Positions 36,897 to 47,086 of a stretch of 64,000 nucleotides of DNA are shown here, piece by piece (the first letter of the stretch is position 1; each line of letters starts with the position of its first letter). The stretch comes from an uncultured virus (IMG/VR IMGVR_UViG_3300032316_001177) (taxonomy: Duplodnaviria > Heunggongvirae > Uroviricota > Caudoviricetes). Made by a program: the position numbers and the translations under genes. The DNA lies in IMG/VR virus record IMGVR_UViG_3300032316_001177; one strand, written 5' to 3'. The notes beneath the pieces were generated by a model. The model was given only the letters and a program-made list of their open reading frames with translations, did no database searches and was not told the DNA's origin.

Positions 36897-39491
36897 CTAC
36901 TGATCCTTGCCTTCAGGAAGAATAGTAGGAAGGTCCATATAAGCTTGATCAGAAGCACGAATTGCAATACCTTTAAAGAAAGTACGGCCCGCCTTATTAA
37001 ATACATTCACACCATCTAATCCAAGCTGATTTCTACAACAATCCTGCAATAAATTAACAAATCTTTTTTGACCTACGGGTTTAGATCCTGTTGAATCACA
37101 GTGTTCGCAATAACTAGGATACAACTGAGTATGTGTATTGTAATAACGAGTATTACTATCTTTAGCTGCGGGTACTTTTTTACCTACAGCAGAAACACTA
37201 TTAGCACAAAGTACAACTTCTGATTGTAACCATTCAATTAAATTGTTACTACTAAGAAGAATATTATTTCGCACACGACGTAGTGCAGGAACCATTTCTG
37301 TAGTATCAAGAAGGTAACGACGCATTGACTTCTCATCCATTTCAAGCACCCAGTTAACAAGTCCTGGCAAGTACTCTTTCCAGTTACCGCTAATGCGTCC
37401 CTTATCAATCTTAATCATATCTTTAGCTTCGCTACTTTTATCATAGAGCTTACGGTTGAACTCAATCGTCAACCTTCTACGTGCCAACCCACTGGTATTA
37501 TCCGTAGTTTGAATAGGTTCATTAGCTGCAACCATGACCATTCCTGTGTACACAAATGGTTCACCGATTGCTTTTAATTTTTCTTCATAACGCAAAGAAT
37601 CTCCACCAGTTAACGCTTTAAATATCTGTGCTGAACCGCCATAACGTTCTGAGTCATTTATTAATGTCAACCTCTTATCTTTAATGGAAGATAATTCAAA
37701 TCTGCTTTGCTCTAATTGATTTAATGATGTACTGGCATAGTTACCAGCACCGACCATGGCGCAACATAGGTTGGCATAAGTGGATTTACCACGACCACCG
37801 GGTCCAATAACTTCAAGAAAACGTTGCAATTCATTTCCACGACCAACTAAACATGCTCTTAACCAGGCTCTAAGCACCTGTACGCGATCATCGTCACCGT
37901 ATTGGGTGCGTGATAACCAATCGACAATAGGGCCAGGTAGAACCTGTGGGTTGTAATCAAAATCAAGTCCCCAGGTAATGTAATTGTTGCGGTTATGTTC
38001 TAGGAAGTTACCCGAATCGAGTTCAAGAACACCGTTACGAAAGGAGAGTAAAGACGCATCATCATTCCAGTCTGAATGGGCAAGGTGGCCTTCGAGGAGT
38101 CCACAAACATCATTAATAAGGCTATTGCTATAACCACCAGGGAGCGATAAATTACAAAGTGTGAACTGAATTTCGTGTTTGAAGTCCTTACTGTACCCTT
38201 GTCGAGACCAGATCCCACGTTTTTCGTCATAGTGCATGAAAACATCGAACCTCGGATCATATAGCCAACCGTTCTTCCTGCAAAGCGGCATAACAAAATC
38301 CGCAATCTCAGATGGCGGTGGGTTGCGAGCAGATTTTTTACTATCTTTATTTTTGGACCCAGCTGCATTTAAGAAATCATTTACTTCAGATATATAATCT
38401 TCACTTGAATCTTCAAAATATTCTGGATCACCGCCAGATTCTAAATAATCAGCAAATGCTTCGTTATGTTCGGCAGCTACTCTTTTAGCAACTTCCTCAA
38501 TATTTGGGACAGTAAATCCATGCATATCAATGAACCCATCTTCTTTTGCTTTTGCTCGTAATGTTTTCAAACCCCTTGCTCCTTCAGGGTTTGGCCCACC
38601 TGGTAGCCGTTCAAATGACTCCCACTTCTCTTCACAACAACCTTCTTGAAAAGATTCAGATTGCATAGACCATTCAATCCAATCACCAAGAAGAGTATCA
38701 TCAATTTGATGTAAAGACATACCAACAGCTATCCATTCTTCATAATCATCCGCTCTTTCTGGAGACAAAGCTTGAAGGTATTCGATTACATCTTCAAGAA
38801 TAGATTCTAAATGATATTGACTGTCTTCTTCATAACTTAAAGTAATATTTTGTGTCAATAATGAACCTGGTCCTGCTGTTTTTCTTCTATACTTACTTGA
38901 AGGGTATGCATTACTAATTTCTTTATATAACCAGTCCGGCATTTCCGGTAGGTTCTTAACGTGTTCAAAACCGCCGTGTTTACCGGTGCAATAACCGTTT
39001 GTATCAGGGTGTGCGCCCATTAATGCGCCTTGCCTGCTGCGCCAGAGTATTTCCCAGGGTGCTTTATCTAATTTCAGGGTTGCTTTATCTGGCAGTAAAT
39101 CTATTTTTCCGTTTGGCACACGGAATAACATTCTGGACTTACCAGGCTTCCCACTGGTTATGGTTAAAGTAGGAGGAAAAATAGCGTCAATTGGTCCTCC
39201 ACCTAAAGCCTCAATAACCGGTATAGCTTCTTCACCGTCAATATCGACCCAGATCAGACCGTATTCATTACAATGCTGACCGCTCAACAAGCCGACACCT
39301 GTTGCACGTCCTGCGTCTAGTTCATCTTTAATTTGGTTAAGGGTGTACGGATTGGTTGTCCATCCACCTATGTAAGCTCTTTTACCGTTAAGAGGAGTGA
39401 GCGCCCAATCCTTAGGGATTAGCTCTAAGTTTATTTCCCCAGGATCTAATTCCCTTTTGGGTGGCCTGGGCTCCATGGCTGCAAGGGACAT
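36897..39491 (-). CDS. Primase-helicase: Prim-Pol + PriCT-2 + D5/SF3 helicase
   Basis: WALTPLNGKRA...VDID; DDYEEWIAVGMSLH...WS...KW.SF; FRNGVLEL; Walker A GPGGRGKS; FKALTGGD. Confidence 0.92.
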   Translation of the reverse strand: MSLAAMEPRPPKRELDPGEINLELIPKDWALTPLNGKRAYIGGWTTNPYTLNQIKDELDAGRATGVGLLSGQHCNEYGLIWVDIDGEEAIPVIEALGGGPIDAIFPPTLTITSGKPGKSRMLFRVPNGKIDLLPDKATLKLDKAPWEILWRSRQGALMGAHPDTNGYCTGKHGGFEHVKNLPEMPDWLYKEISNAYPSSKYRRKTAGPGSLLTQNITLSYEEDSQYHLESILEDVIEYLQALSPERADDYEEWIAVGMSLHQIDDTLLGDWIEWSMQSESFQEGCCEEKWESFERLPGGPNPEGARGLKTLRAKAKEDGFIDMHGFTVPNIEEVAKRVAAEHNEAFADYLESGGDPEYFEDSSEDYISEVNDFLNAAGSKNKDSKKSARNPPPSEIADFVMPLCRKNGWLYDPRFDVFMHYDEKRGIWSRQGYSKDFKHEIQFTLCNLSLPGGYSNSLINDVCGLLEGHLAHSDWNDDASLLSFRNGVLELDSGNFLEHNRNNYITWGLDFDYNPQVLPGPIVDWLSRTQYGDDDRVQVLRAWLRACLVGRGNELQRFLEVIGPGGRGKSTYANLCCAMVGAGNYASTSLNQLEQSRFELSSIKDKRLTLINDSERYGGSAQIFKALTGGDSLRYEEKLKAIGEPFVYTGMVMVAANEPIQTTDNTSGLARRRLTIEFNRKLYDKSSEAKDMIKIDKGRISGNWKEYLPGLVNWVLEMDEKSMRRYLLDTTEMVPALRRVRNNILLSSNNLIEWLQSEVVLCANSVSAVGKKVPAAKDSNTRYYNTHTQLYPSYCEHCDSTGSKPVGQKRFVNLLQDCCRNQLGLDGVNVFNKAGRTFFKGIAIRASDQAYMDLPTILPEGKDQ

Positions 39492-39550
39492 ATCGGTTTA
39501 GTCTACGGACAGTTACTACAAATTTCAAGTTACAGCGCATAAATCTGCCA

Positions 39551-40486
39551 TTAAGTTTTTTCTAGCTTGTCACCATCCACAACTTCCATATCGATTTCAT
39601 TTTGAGCCGGTAAAATCTCGGAGTAATATTTCGCAACAACTTCCAACCACTTGGTTTTATATTTCTCAATTGTCCCGCTTTGTACAGCAAAAACTTGTGT
39701 ACGATCCCTGGTTGCAACAAATATCATTAGGACTTCTGGCACCACTCCTATGGTATGTTCCAGACCTAGTGCGTAGGCGCCCATCTGCAGCATGCATTTT
39801 TGGTATTTCATGAACCCAGAACGGCGCATGGCATACTCACTTTTCAGTGTTTCAGGACCTGGCCACCTACTGTAATAAGGTCCATTTGATGTTTTTAGGT
39901 CACCTAAAACAATTTTTCCTTTGTATTCGGCCACAATATCGGGAGCACCAGCCCATCCCCAGTTTTCTGTTTCATGCACCCCTGGGTGCCATACGCGACT
40001 GATGCCGTCTCCTCCTATTGTCCAAGAAAAGTTATCACCGACAGGGTTTTCTGCCCATAATATTCGCCCAAGCTTGTCTAATTTTTCTGGAAGTCCGTTC
40101 CAAAAAGCCTGGATTTCCTCATTCTCAATGACTGGATTTTTATCAATACCTAATAAATAATTTTCCATGAGTCCGTGGACTCTTGTACCCCTAGCTGCAG
40201 CAGCTTCTCGTCCACCTGGATTATTCTTTGCCCACCGTTCAAGTGCTACTTTATTACCCCCTGTTGCAGATAATATTGTAGTCACAGATGGCAAAGTACC
40301 GTAGGGAGTCTTGTAGTGACGGCTCCCATTAATGGTTAATCTAGTGTCTCCGTCGCTTTGGTATTGCAAGAATTGCACATATGGCGCAGTTCGAGAGTAC
40401 ACGGGGTGAATTTTGCGTTCTAAAAAAACGCTTTCCAGTACTTGGACCTCGATATCCGTAAAAGCTGCATACATAAAATCTCCCAC
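39551..40486 (-). CDS. PD-(D/E)XK exonuclease
   Basis: LPSVTTIL...RGTRVH...AGAPDIV...GDLKTS...LQMGAYA. Confidence 0.85.
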   Translation of the reverse strand: MGDFMYAAFTDIEVQVLESVFLERKIHPVYSRTAPYVQFLQYQSDGDTRLTINGSRHYKTPYGTLPSVTTILSATGGNKVALERWAKNNPGGREAAAARGTRVHGLMENYLLGIDKNPVIENEEIQAFWNGLPEKLDKLGRILWAENPVGDNFSWTIGGDGISRVWHPGVHETENWGWAGAPDIVAEYKGKIVLGDLKTSNGPYYSRWPGPETLKSEYAMRRSGFMKYQKCMLQMGAYALGLEHTIGVVPEVLMIFVATRDRTQVFAVQSGTIEKYKTKWLEVVAKYYSEILPAQNEIDMEVVDGDKLEKT

Positions 40487-40549
40487 CTCCTCAAAAGGTA
40501 ACAGATTTTTTTGCTTTTACAAGAATTTTGGACCTTAGAATAGCTAAAA

Positions 40550-40936
40550 ATGCGTGTGAAAAAAAAAGTGCATGAGTTAGCAACCTTAGGACGACACTGC
40601 ATACTTGATGTATATGGGTGTAATCCACTATATTTAGATGACGAAACTTTCGTAAAAGAAGCTATTAAAAAAGCTGTTACTTGTTCAGGAGCAACTTTGC
40701 TTCAGTTGATTGCGCATAAATTTCAACCGCAGGGAGTTACTGCACTAGCACTTTTATCTGAGTCACATATAGCTCTTCACACGTGGCCTGAATTAAATTA
40801 TGTAGCAGTAGATGTATTTACTTGCGGTAACCATACGGATCCAGATGCTGCGTGTGCGTTATTAAAAAAAGAATTTGAAGCCGAATCAAGCATAATTAAA
40901 GTTTTTGATCGTGCTACAAATCAAATAAGCCTTTAA
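40550..40936 (+). CDS. speD: S-adenosylmethionine decarboxylase proenzyme
   Basis: GRHCILD...HKFQPQGVT...LSESHIALHTWPE...DVFTCG. Confidence 0.95.
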   Translation: MRVKKKVHELATLGRHCILDVYGCNPLYLDDETFVKEAIKKAVTCSGATLLQLIAHKFQPQGVTALALLSESHIALHTWPELNYVAVDVFTCGNHTDPDAACALLKKEFEAESSIIKVFDRATNQISL

Positions 40937-41245
40937 TTAATCCCCATCAACTTCTGGGTGCCGCTCAAAACAACCTTCAATATTGCTTGCAAATTGCATG
41001 TTCTGATATTTTGCAACGTGCCCTTGAATTTTACTATAAATATCAAAGCTACTTCTTACCGCGTCTTCTGGACTAATCATTAGTTTTGAATTAGCAAGTA
41101 ATCCAGCAGTCAAAACACAAATCGCAAGCTCCTGGGGATGATTTATAAATGAACGCAGTGATCTACCGTTATCCGTAAACGAAGCTAGGAGATAAGCTAT
41201 GTCCCCTGCTGAGTTATTTTTGTTTTGCTCTGGTTCTTGAATCAT
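40937..41245 (-). CDS. Hypothetical protein
   Basis: 102-aa ORF. Confidence 0.55.
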   Translation of the reverse strand: MIQEPEQNKNNSAGDIAYLLASFTDNGRSLRSFINHPQELAICVLTAGLLANSKLMISPEDAVRSSFDIYSKIQGHVAKYQNMQFASNIEGCFERHPEVDGD

Positions 41246-41508
41246 TAGTTTTCTTCTTCTTCCTTAACGTAATAAAGAGTAGTGTAATCCTTCTTAATTA
41301 TAGGTAGCAATAAACCATGTTCTTTTAAAGCGGACAAACGTCTAGCAATTGTTCTATGGTTACGCTCAAACTTTTTTACAATAGCAGTTACTGGAATCAA
41401 TACTAGGTGATCGCCTTTATATTCGGTCGCTTCCTCCAATAAGAACTCATGAATCTGGTAAGCCAGATCATCCATGAGTGCTTCATGGTTCATACTCGGT
41501 CTTGCCAC
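41245..41508 (-). CDS. Putative winged-HTH protein
   Basis: VTAIVKKFERNHRTIARRLSALKEHGLL. Confidence 0.55.
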   Translation of the reverse strand: MARPSMNHEALMDDLAYQIHEFLLEEATEYKGDHLVLIPVTAIVKKFERNHRTIARRLSALKEHGLLLPIIKKDYTTLYYVKEEEEN

Positions 41509-41579
41509 GTTGTTTATTCCGTAATTAAAGTTACATTTTGATTCTATAGGAGTTTATTCCCTAAGAAATGTGTGTACAG

Positions 41580-41810
41580 CTAATTCTCTATATTCTTTGC
41601 GGCTTGTTTTCTTGCCTTCATGATTCCTTTTTTAGCGGTTTCAAGATCCATGCCCCAGCATGGCTCCCCATCCTCTAACCTGGGGTAACAATATAGAGTG
41701 TGGTTAGTGCTGCCGTGTCGCAGTGATTTGATTTCATAGCCTTCAAAATCAATTGATGGCAAAAGCTCAGAGGCTGTGCCGCGATACTTAAACTTTTTTA
41801 CGTCCCTCAT
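41580..41810 (-). CDS. Hypothetical protein
   Basis: 76-aa ORF. Confidence 0.5.
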   Translation of the reverse strand: MRDVKKFKYRGTASELLPSIDFEGYEIKSLRHGSTNHTLYCYPRLEDGEPCWGMDLETAKKGIMKARKQAAKNIEN

Positions 41811-42069
41811 GATTGAGCTCTGACTGCTTTATCAGCATACTTCCATACACTTAGACTGCCACCACTGTACTGGATCAGAAATGGATAGAAAAAAAGTCCG
41901 CCCACTTCCAAGTAAAAGAGGACGGACTGCTTAAATAAATGCACCTTAATCAATAGAGTTATTTACGTATAATTCTGCTTCTTCTAGATATTTAACTACA
42001 TCCTTAAGGCATTGTTCATAACCACGAATATATTCATCGGTTTTATTTTGACTAATAAAAAAAATAACA

Positions 42070-42273
42070 TTAAGGAGTAACCGCCTTCTCAACCTGTCCC
42101 GATAGAGCTTCTCCATTAACTTCCTCGACGGCTTTTACAATAATAGTACCATCCTTTTGTATTGTAAAATCCAATAAAGTTCCTTCTACCCAGCCAAGCT
42201 TATCTATCAGTTCGTCCGGCAATTGTAGTACACCTTCTTCATCGCATGTAAAATAGTATGCTGAAGTAGACAT
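42070..42273 (-). CDS. AbrB/MazE-family DNA-binding protein
   Basis: LQLPDELIDKLGWVEGTLL...DGTIIVK. Confidence 0.8.
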   Translation of the reverse strand: MSTSAYYFTCDEEGVLQLPDELIDKLGWVEGTLLDFTIQKDGTIIVKAVEEVNGEALSGQVEKAVTP

Positions 42274-42442
42274 TACTTATCTCCTTTTACTTGGAAACAT
42301 TCGGACACAACTATTGGTAAAAGGTTTTTCATTGTATTGTAGAATTTTTTATTCTCGTTAGAAACAAGGCAATTAATTTGTTTTTTCTGAGGCTTTGTCA
42401 TGAACATGATAAAAATTTTGTAGGTGGTACATAGCCAAAATA

Positions 42443-42474
42443 AAAGACCCCTCACTTTTATGCAAGGGGTTTTG
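42443..42474. terminator. Rho-independent terminator-like hairpin
   Basis: AAAGACCCCT...AGGGGTTTTG with A/T tracts on both sides. Confidence 0.55.
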
Positions 42475-42490
42475 TTATTTCTACATATTA

Positions 42491-43090
42491 TTATGAAGAG
42501 ATTAAACGCTTCCTGCGTTCGTAGACTAGGCTGTAACCAGGAATTAATTGTGCGATTGCCGGTACTGAACTCCGGTTTGCAAGGATGTCTTGTCTAACCC
42601 TATCCTTATCTGGTAACTCTTCTTGTTTAGAATCTAAAACAGTTTCATCTTTTATTCTTACAACAGTTGTTATTTTCTTCAACCCGTACTCTACTCTATC
42701 CTGGTCTGACCATAACTCGAAGTTATCTACTAGCCTTGGTTTTGTAGCTCTTATAGTAGCCTGATACTTTGCACCTGTTGGTGTACTATTAATAAGGTTT
42801 TGTTGATAAGCAAACTTAATAATTTTAACAAGATTTTCTTTATTACGTTTCCATGCATCTCTATTGTTTTTTACTTCTTCCATTTCTTTTTCTAGTGCTT
42901 CGATATAAACATCACACTTCTTTATTATTTCTATAATGTTATCAAATTTATTTTCATGCCTAGATGCAAGGTCTTCAATATGTTTTTGAAGGTATGAACG
43001 ATCTTCTTCACTTGTGTCAGGAAGGTCTTTTAAAAACGAGACGTGTTGAATTGCTTCAGAAAGTTGAACGTAGCTTTGTTTGTCTGACAT
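42491..43090 (-). CDS. Siphovirus Gp157-like coiled-coil protein
   Basis: KFDNII.II......EALEKE coiled coil; PDK..V near the C-terminus. Confidence 0.5.
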   Translation of the reverse strand: MSDKQSYVQLSEAIQHVSFLKDLPDTSEEDRSYLQKHIEDLASRHENKFDNIIEIIKKCDVYIEALEKEMEEVKNNRDAWKRNKENLVKIIKFAYQQNLINSTPTGAKYQATIRATKPRLVDNFELWSDQDRVEYGLKKITTVVRIKDETVLDSKQEELPDKDRVRQDILANRSSVPAIAQLIPGYSLVYERRKRLISS

Positions 43091-43119
43091 GATGATAATA
43101 AAAAATGGTGATTAAAAAA

Positions 43120-43989
43120 TTAAGATTTAATTTGACCCATTATGTATGCAACAGATTGACTATACTTAATTAATTGATAAGGTGGTACATGTGTTAAAGC
43201 CTTAGTAAAGACCTTCCAACAGTTACCAGTTGGGTTATGATCAGCAGTATAAATTTGTTGTTCTTTCCAGGAATTCTTAGGTAGCCAATTCATCTTATCT
43301 TTTATACCATCATTTGTTACACGATAAAGTAAACGTCCACTTCTATAATCAAAGTGATATATACACATATTTAAGTTATATCCTTTCTTTCTTGATTGTT
43401 CCTGAACGATATAACGTAAAGTTTCTAGTTCTAAGTTTGCATTATTCCAGCTAATGTGTTTGCAAATTGGTACGTACTCATCCTTACATACTTCATATAC
43501 TTCTTTTGCCATCTCCGCCCTGTTGGCGTTTAACTGTACCCAAGAAGGGCAACTACATTCTTGTTCTTTAACCTTAACAAAGTAAATTTTTTGTTCACCA
43601 TTTGAATCAGTTAAGATCTTTGGCGGCCTACCGATATTAATAGAAATAGTATGGTGTGTCTGATCAGAAGAGTAATCAAGAGCAGCAATAGGAATACCAT
43701 TGTTAGGGTCTTTAGATTTGTACTTTTTCCATACTGTGTAATTAAAAAATGAAGGTGTCCTAGTCCTGTGGGTTAAAAAATTATTTAAAACATCGTGACG
43801 CTCCAATGAAAGTAGGGTATTGTCTACATTACAGATAACCTGAGAACCTTCAAGTGAAATTGAATTAATGTCTGTTGCTAATAAACTTTTAAATTTATCT
43901 GGGTTTAATGTATACAGGCAATCAATAATTCTTTTTCGTCCGTAAATTGATTCCTGAGCTTTATTTAATTGGTTTACTAATAGAGGCAT
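43120..43989 (-). CDS. SWIM zinc-finger protein
   Basis: ECSCPSW...ICKHI. Confidence 0.6.
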   Translation of the reverse strand: MPLLVNQLNKAQESIYGRKRIIDCLYTLNPDKFKSLLATDINSISLEGSQVICNVDNTLLSLERHDVLNNFLTHRTRTPSFFNYTVWKKYKSKDPNNGIPIAALDYSSDQTHHTISINIGRPPKILTDSNGEQKIYFVKVKEQECSCPSWVQLNANRAEMAKEVYEVCKDEYVPICKHISWNNANLELETLRYIVQEQSRKKGYNLNMCIYHFDYRSGRLLYRVTNDGIKDKMNWLPKNSWKEQQIYTADHNPTGNCWKVFTKALTHVPPYQLIKYSQSVAYIMGQIKS

Positions 43990-44289
43990 TTTAGTTGGGT
44001 TCCTAATAGAACTGTGGTGAGCATGTTGTCTTAACGTTTACCTTGACCACGACTAGGTTTTTTGCGTTTTCGTGTCCAAGAACCACGTTTGCGTAGTCCG
44101 TTACCAATTGATGTGCGTTTAGCAGTTGATACAACTGTGTGGCTGCCGGAAGTAGCTTTTTTTTGGGTTGCCATGTTGGGTACAAGAACAAGAGGAGTTT
44201 AGTCTTTAATTAGGTATTATCAAGTGAAGTTTTGTTTCAACTTGACATTTTAATAATTTGTTTTAAACTGGTCTATATGCTTTAAATGC

Positions 44290-44562
44290 ATGTCAGGATT
44301 TGATTTAACAACAGTTTCTTTTTCTGTTGAAGACTTCCAAGGTACGATGGAGGATAAGTTTTCTGTTGCTAAGTTAAAACAAGGGATTGAGAATACTGAT
44401 AGTAAACAAGAACTAAAACAAATTGCATGTACACTTGCTGAGTTGGCTACACAAAGACAGAGTTTAATTCGTGGCTTGTGTAGACGTTTAGCTAAGTTTG
44501 AATCCGAATTGATTTCTAGATCTTATGAAGATAAATTAAAAGCCGCCCATAAGGACGGCTGA
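44290..44562 (+). CDS. Possible divergent NblA-like protein
   Basis: TMEDKF...IENTDSKQELKQIACTL...QRQ two-helix pattern. Confidence 0.35.
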   Translation: MSGFDLTTVSFSVEDFQGTMEDKFSVAKLKQGIENTDSKQELKQIACTLAELATQRQSLIRGLCRRLAKFESELISRSYEDKLKAAHKDG

Positions 44563-44579
44563 TAACTATAGGAAATTGT

Positions 44580-45509
44580 TTAGGTTAGTTCAATTTCACC
44601 TGTGTCAGTACTTCTAGCACCGAATAGTGCTTTCATGCCGTTCTTATCACTTGAATCACTGACAGGTGGAAGAGTGAAATCAAGTCCTGGTTTAATTGCA
44701 TGGAAGCCAATTTCTTTTTCACATTGCTGGAAAAAAGATTTGGCATACACTTCAGGTGGACATGTTTCCCATACTTCTTCAACAAAGTCAATGTCTTCAT
44801 TGGTAGAAGGAAAGAACTCTTCAATATTTTTAGAAGTTGGTTCAACCCAGGACTTGGGATAAGCAATCCAACTTTTTTGTTTGTCACCATATTGTTGTGC
44901 TCCAAAAGTAGGAGTAAAGATAGCAGCAGCAGCTTGTTTTGGATCGAAACCAGATCCACCCTTGGAACCAGCATAGTCAGCAAAAGCTGATTCAAGCTGT
45001 TCAACAAAGGTTCCGTAGGCATCTGTGAACAAATTAGATGCACCGCCATGTATTGAAAGCAGTAGCGGTTTCTTGTGTACTGGGCTACCCTTCTCATTTA
45101 CAAGGAAAGTTAAGACAAGACGACGGCGCTTGTATGGGTTGGGTTTATCTGGGTTGTTTTCTTCCCAGTCATCATATAAGAATGAATCACGTGGATAAAG
45201 ACCTTCAATCCCGCCTTTGTCTGAATTCTCAATGAAGGTTACATCTTTACGGAAGCCGCAATGTAAAATTAACATGCGGGGTGTTTTAAAGAATACACCT
45301 TTATTGGAATCACCGTTGTTATAGGTGTGTTCGTATTCTTCAGCTTCTGGAAACATAGCTGCTGTACCGGACCAGCCGATACGAGCTAAGACAGTATCCT
45401 TAAGAAAAAGTCCTGGTTTGGACTTATCGTTGAGGATCTGACAATTACAAAAGTCCCGGAGGACGCCTTGATACCTTTCGGTATTTTGGTAACGATCAAG
45501 TACGGACAT
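44580..45509 (-). CDS. DUF5895-like protein (replication/recombination region)
   Basis: CQILN...GLF...PRMLI...PVHKKPLLL..HG.A; sits next to ssb. Confidence 0.5.
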   Translation of the reverse strand: MSVLDRYQNTERYQGVLRDFCNCQILNDKSKPGLFLKDTVLARIGWSGTAAMFPEAEEYEHTYNNGDSNKGVFFKTPRMLILHCGFRKDVTFIENSDKGGIEGLYPRDSFLYDDWEENNPDKPNPYKRRRLVLTFLVNEKGSPVHKKPLLLSIHGGASNLFTDAYGTFVEQLESAFADYAGSKGGSGFDPKQAAAAIFTPTFGAQQYGDKQKSWIAYPKSWVEPTSKNIEEFFPSTNEDIDFVEEVWETCPPEVYAKSFFQQCEKEIGFHAIKPGLDFTLPPVSDSSDKNGMKALFGARSTDTGEIELT

Positions 45510-45538
45510 TACGTTCAGAGGATGGTTAGTGGATTTGC

Positions 45539-45581
45539 CTCCAGAGCAGGAGTTGCACCCGCACTAGGCACTGGCCTGGAG
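45539..45581 (-). ncRNA. tRNA-minihelix-like T-loop element, copy 4
   Basis: CTCCAGG/TCTGGAG 7-bp stem plus GCGGG-TGCAACT-CCTGC 5-bp arm. Confidence 0.5.
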
Positions 45582-45629
45582 AAGAAAACCTGCCTTGTAG
45601 CAGGCTTTAACTACCCAACACGGCTGACG

Positions 45630-46364
45630 TTAGAACGGAACTGCGTCTTCGTCAACAGAACATGAAATTGTTACAGGAATAGGCTTTTCAGATAACCGTG
45701 AATCGGTAGCAGGTGAATACATTTTCTCCTCACTTAATTCATTCTTAACCTTCGCTTGCTCCTCCTTGTTTTTGTTTTTACCAAATACTGAATACATTCC
45801 AGCACGTACCCTTACCTGATATGTACCGCGTTGGCTACCGTCCTGTGCTTGCCAAACGTTATATCTTAAAACACCTTCAATGCTTAATTGTCGGCCAACA
45901 TGAAGTAATGTTGTCAAACGTTTTGCATCATCACCCCATGATTCCATCCTGAAGCTGAGACTATCTTCCCAAGTATGATTAAGTATCATTTGAGCTGGTG
46001 CTGACACCATTGTTGTAAATGTAAGTAGATCCTCTTTTGTTTGCTCTGGGATGAACCCGACACCACCAGCAAGATTTACACGATTTATTTGTAAATTTTT
46101 GTCATTAACAATAGTTATTGCTTGATTTGGAACTAGATACATTTTGTAATCTTGTCGGCTTGGATATAATCTGCCGCTAACAAAAAGTCTTACCCCTGGT
46201 TGAAACACATCAAATGTTTCTCCTGCCGCTTTATTAGGTACCAAGTAAATCGGTACATCAGAACCACTTTTGCCTACTTTTGGTAAGCTTATACCCATAA
46301 AACGCAAGCCGTTTTCGTGAAACTTCTCTCCTGTAAAGGTCCCAATCCCAATAAAAGAATTCAT
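45630..46364 (-). CDS. ssb: Single-stranded DNA-binding protein, tandem OB folds
   Basis: Two OB-like halves (MNSFIGIG...VSGRL; INRVNLAGGVG...IEGVLRYNVW) and acidic tail DEDAVPF. Confidence 0.75.
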   Translation of the reverse strand: MNSFIGIGTFTGEKFHENGLRFMGISLPKVGKSGSDVPIYLVPNKAAGETFDVFQPGVRLFVSGRLYPSRQDYKMYLVPNQAITIVNDKNLQINRVNLAGGVGFIPEQTKEDLLTFTTMVSAPAQMILNHTWEDSLSFRMESWGDDAKRLTTLLHVGRQLSIEGVLRYNVWQAQDGSQRGTYQVRVRAGMYSVFGKNKNKEEQAKVKNELSEEKMYSPATDSRLSEKPIPVTISCSVDEDAVPF

Positions 46365-46406
46365 TGTTCAGTGCAGGTGTTTGTGTGTGCAGATCAGTGT
46401 AGCAGG

Positions 46407-46856
46407 TCAAGGATCAATCGAAATTAAAGGTACCCCAGCTTCTTTTAATAATTTTGCAGATAAAATAAAATTTTCAATCCACCTACTTGGAACTGACTCC
46501 CAACTCATTACATAAACATCCTTGATTCCAGCATTGATAAGTGCCGCAGCACACCGGCTGCATGGATGCATAGTGATATAAGCACTACAACCATTGGTAC
46601 TAACACCATGAATTGCAGCCGTAATGATGGCATTTGTTTCTGCATGGATTGTGAGCTCATATTTTTCTTCACGATCCATTAACCTATTTATATCATCGTT
46701 TATGCCTTTTGGGAATCCATTGAAACCAGTTGAAATAATTCGACGTTCTTTTACCAAAACGCAAGCCACTTTTGTCGATGGATCTTTACTCCATCCAGCT
46801 ACAAGTGCTGCCAACTTCATAAAACGTTGATGCCATACGTATTCAGATGCGTTCAT
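46407..46856 (-). CDS. dCMP deaminase
   Basis: SKDPSTKV...GFNG...HAETNAI...PCSRC. Confidence 0.93.
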   Translation of the reverse strand: MNASEYVWHQRFMKLAALVAGWSKDPSTKVACVLVKERRIISTGFNGFPKGINDDINRLMDREEKYELTIHAETNAIITAAIHGVSTNGCSAYITMHPCSRCAAALINAGIKDVYVMSWESVPSRWIENFILSAKLLKEAGVPLISIDP

Positions 46857-47086
46857 AATTTGTAATACTTATGAATTGTTTACATCTTCAAGATGTTGTC
46901 CAATTACTTCTTGAATAATGCTTTGCCTTTGGAATAGAGCAGAAATTAAATCCTCAATATCTTTACTCATTAAGAAAAGTTCCTTTAAGTCCATTTCCTC
47001 AAGAGATTTTTTTGTGATTTCGGTTGCAGGATTTGTCATCTTGGTTGTTTGTGGTGTGAAAAGTATACTAGATAGCGGGTTGATGG

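Noticed and set aside
39551..40486. Cas4/CRISPR function
   Set aside because: No Fe-S cysteine cluster; it is an ordinary phage PD-(D/E)XK exonuclease in the replication module
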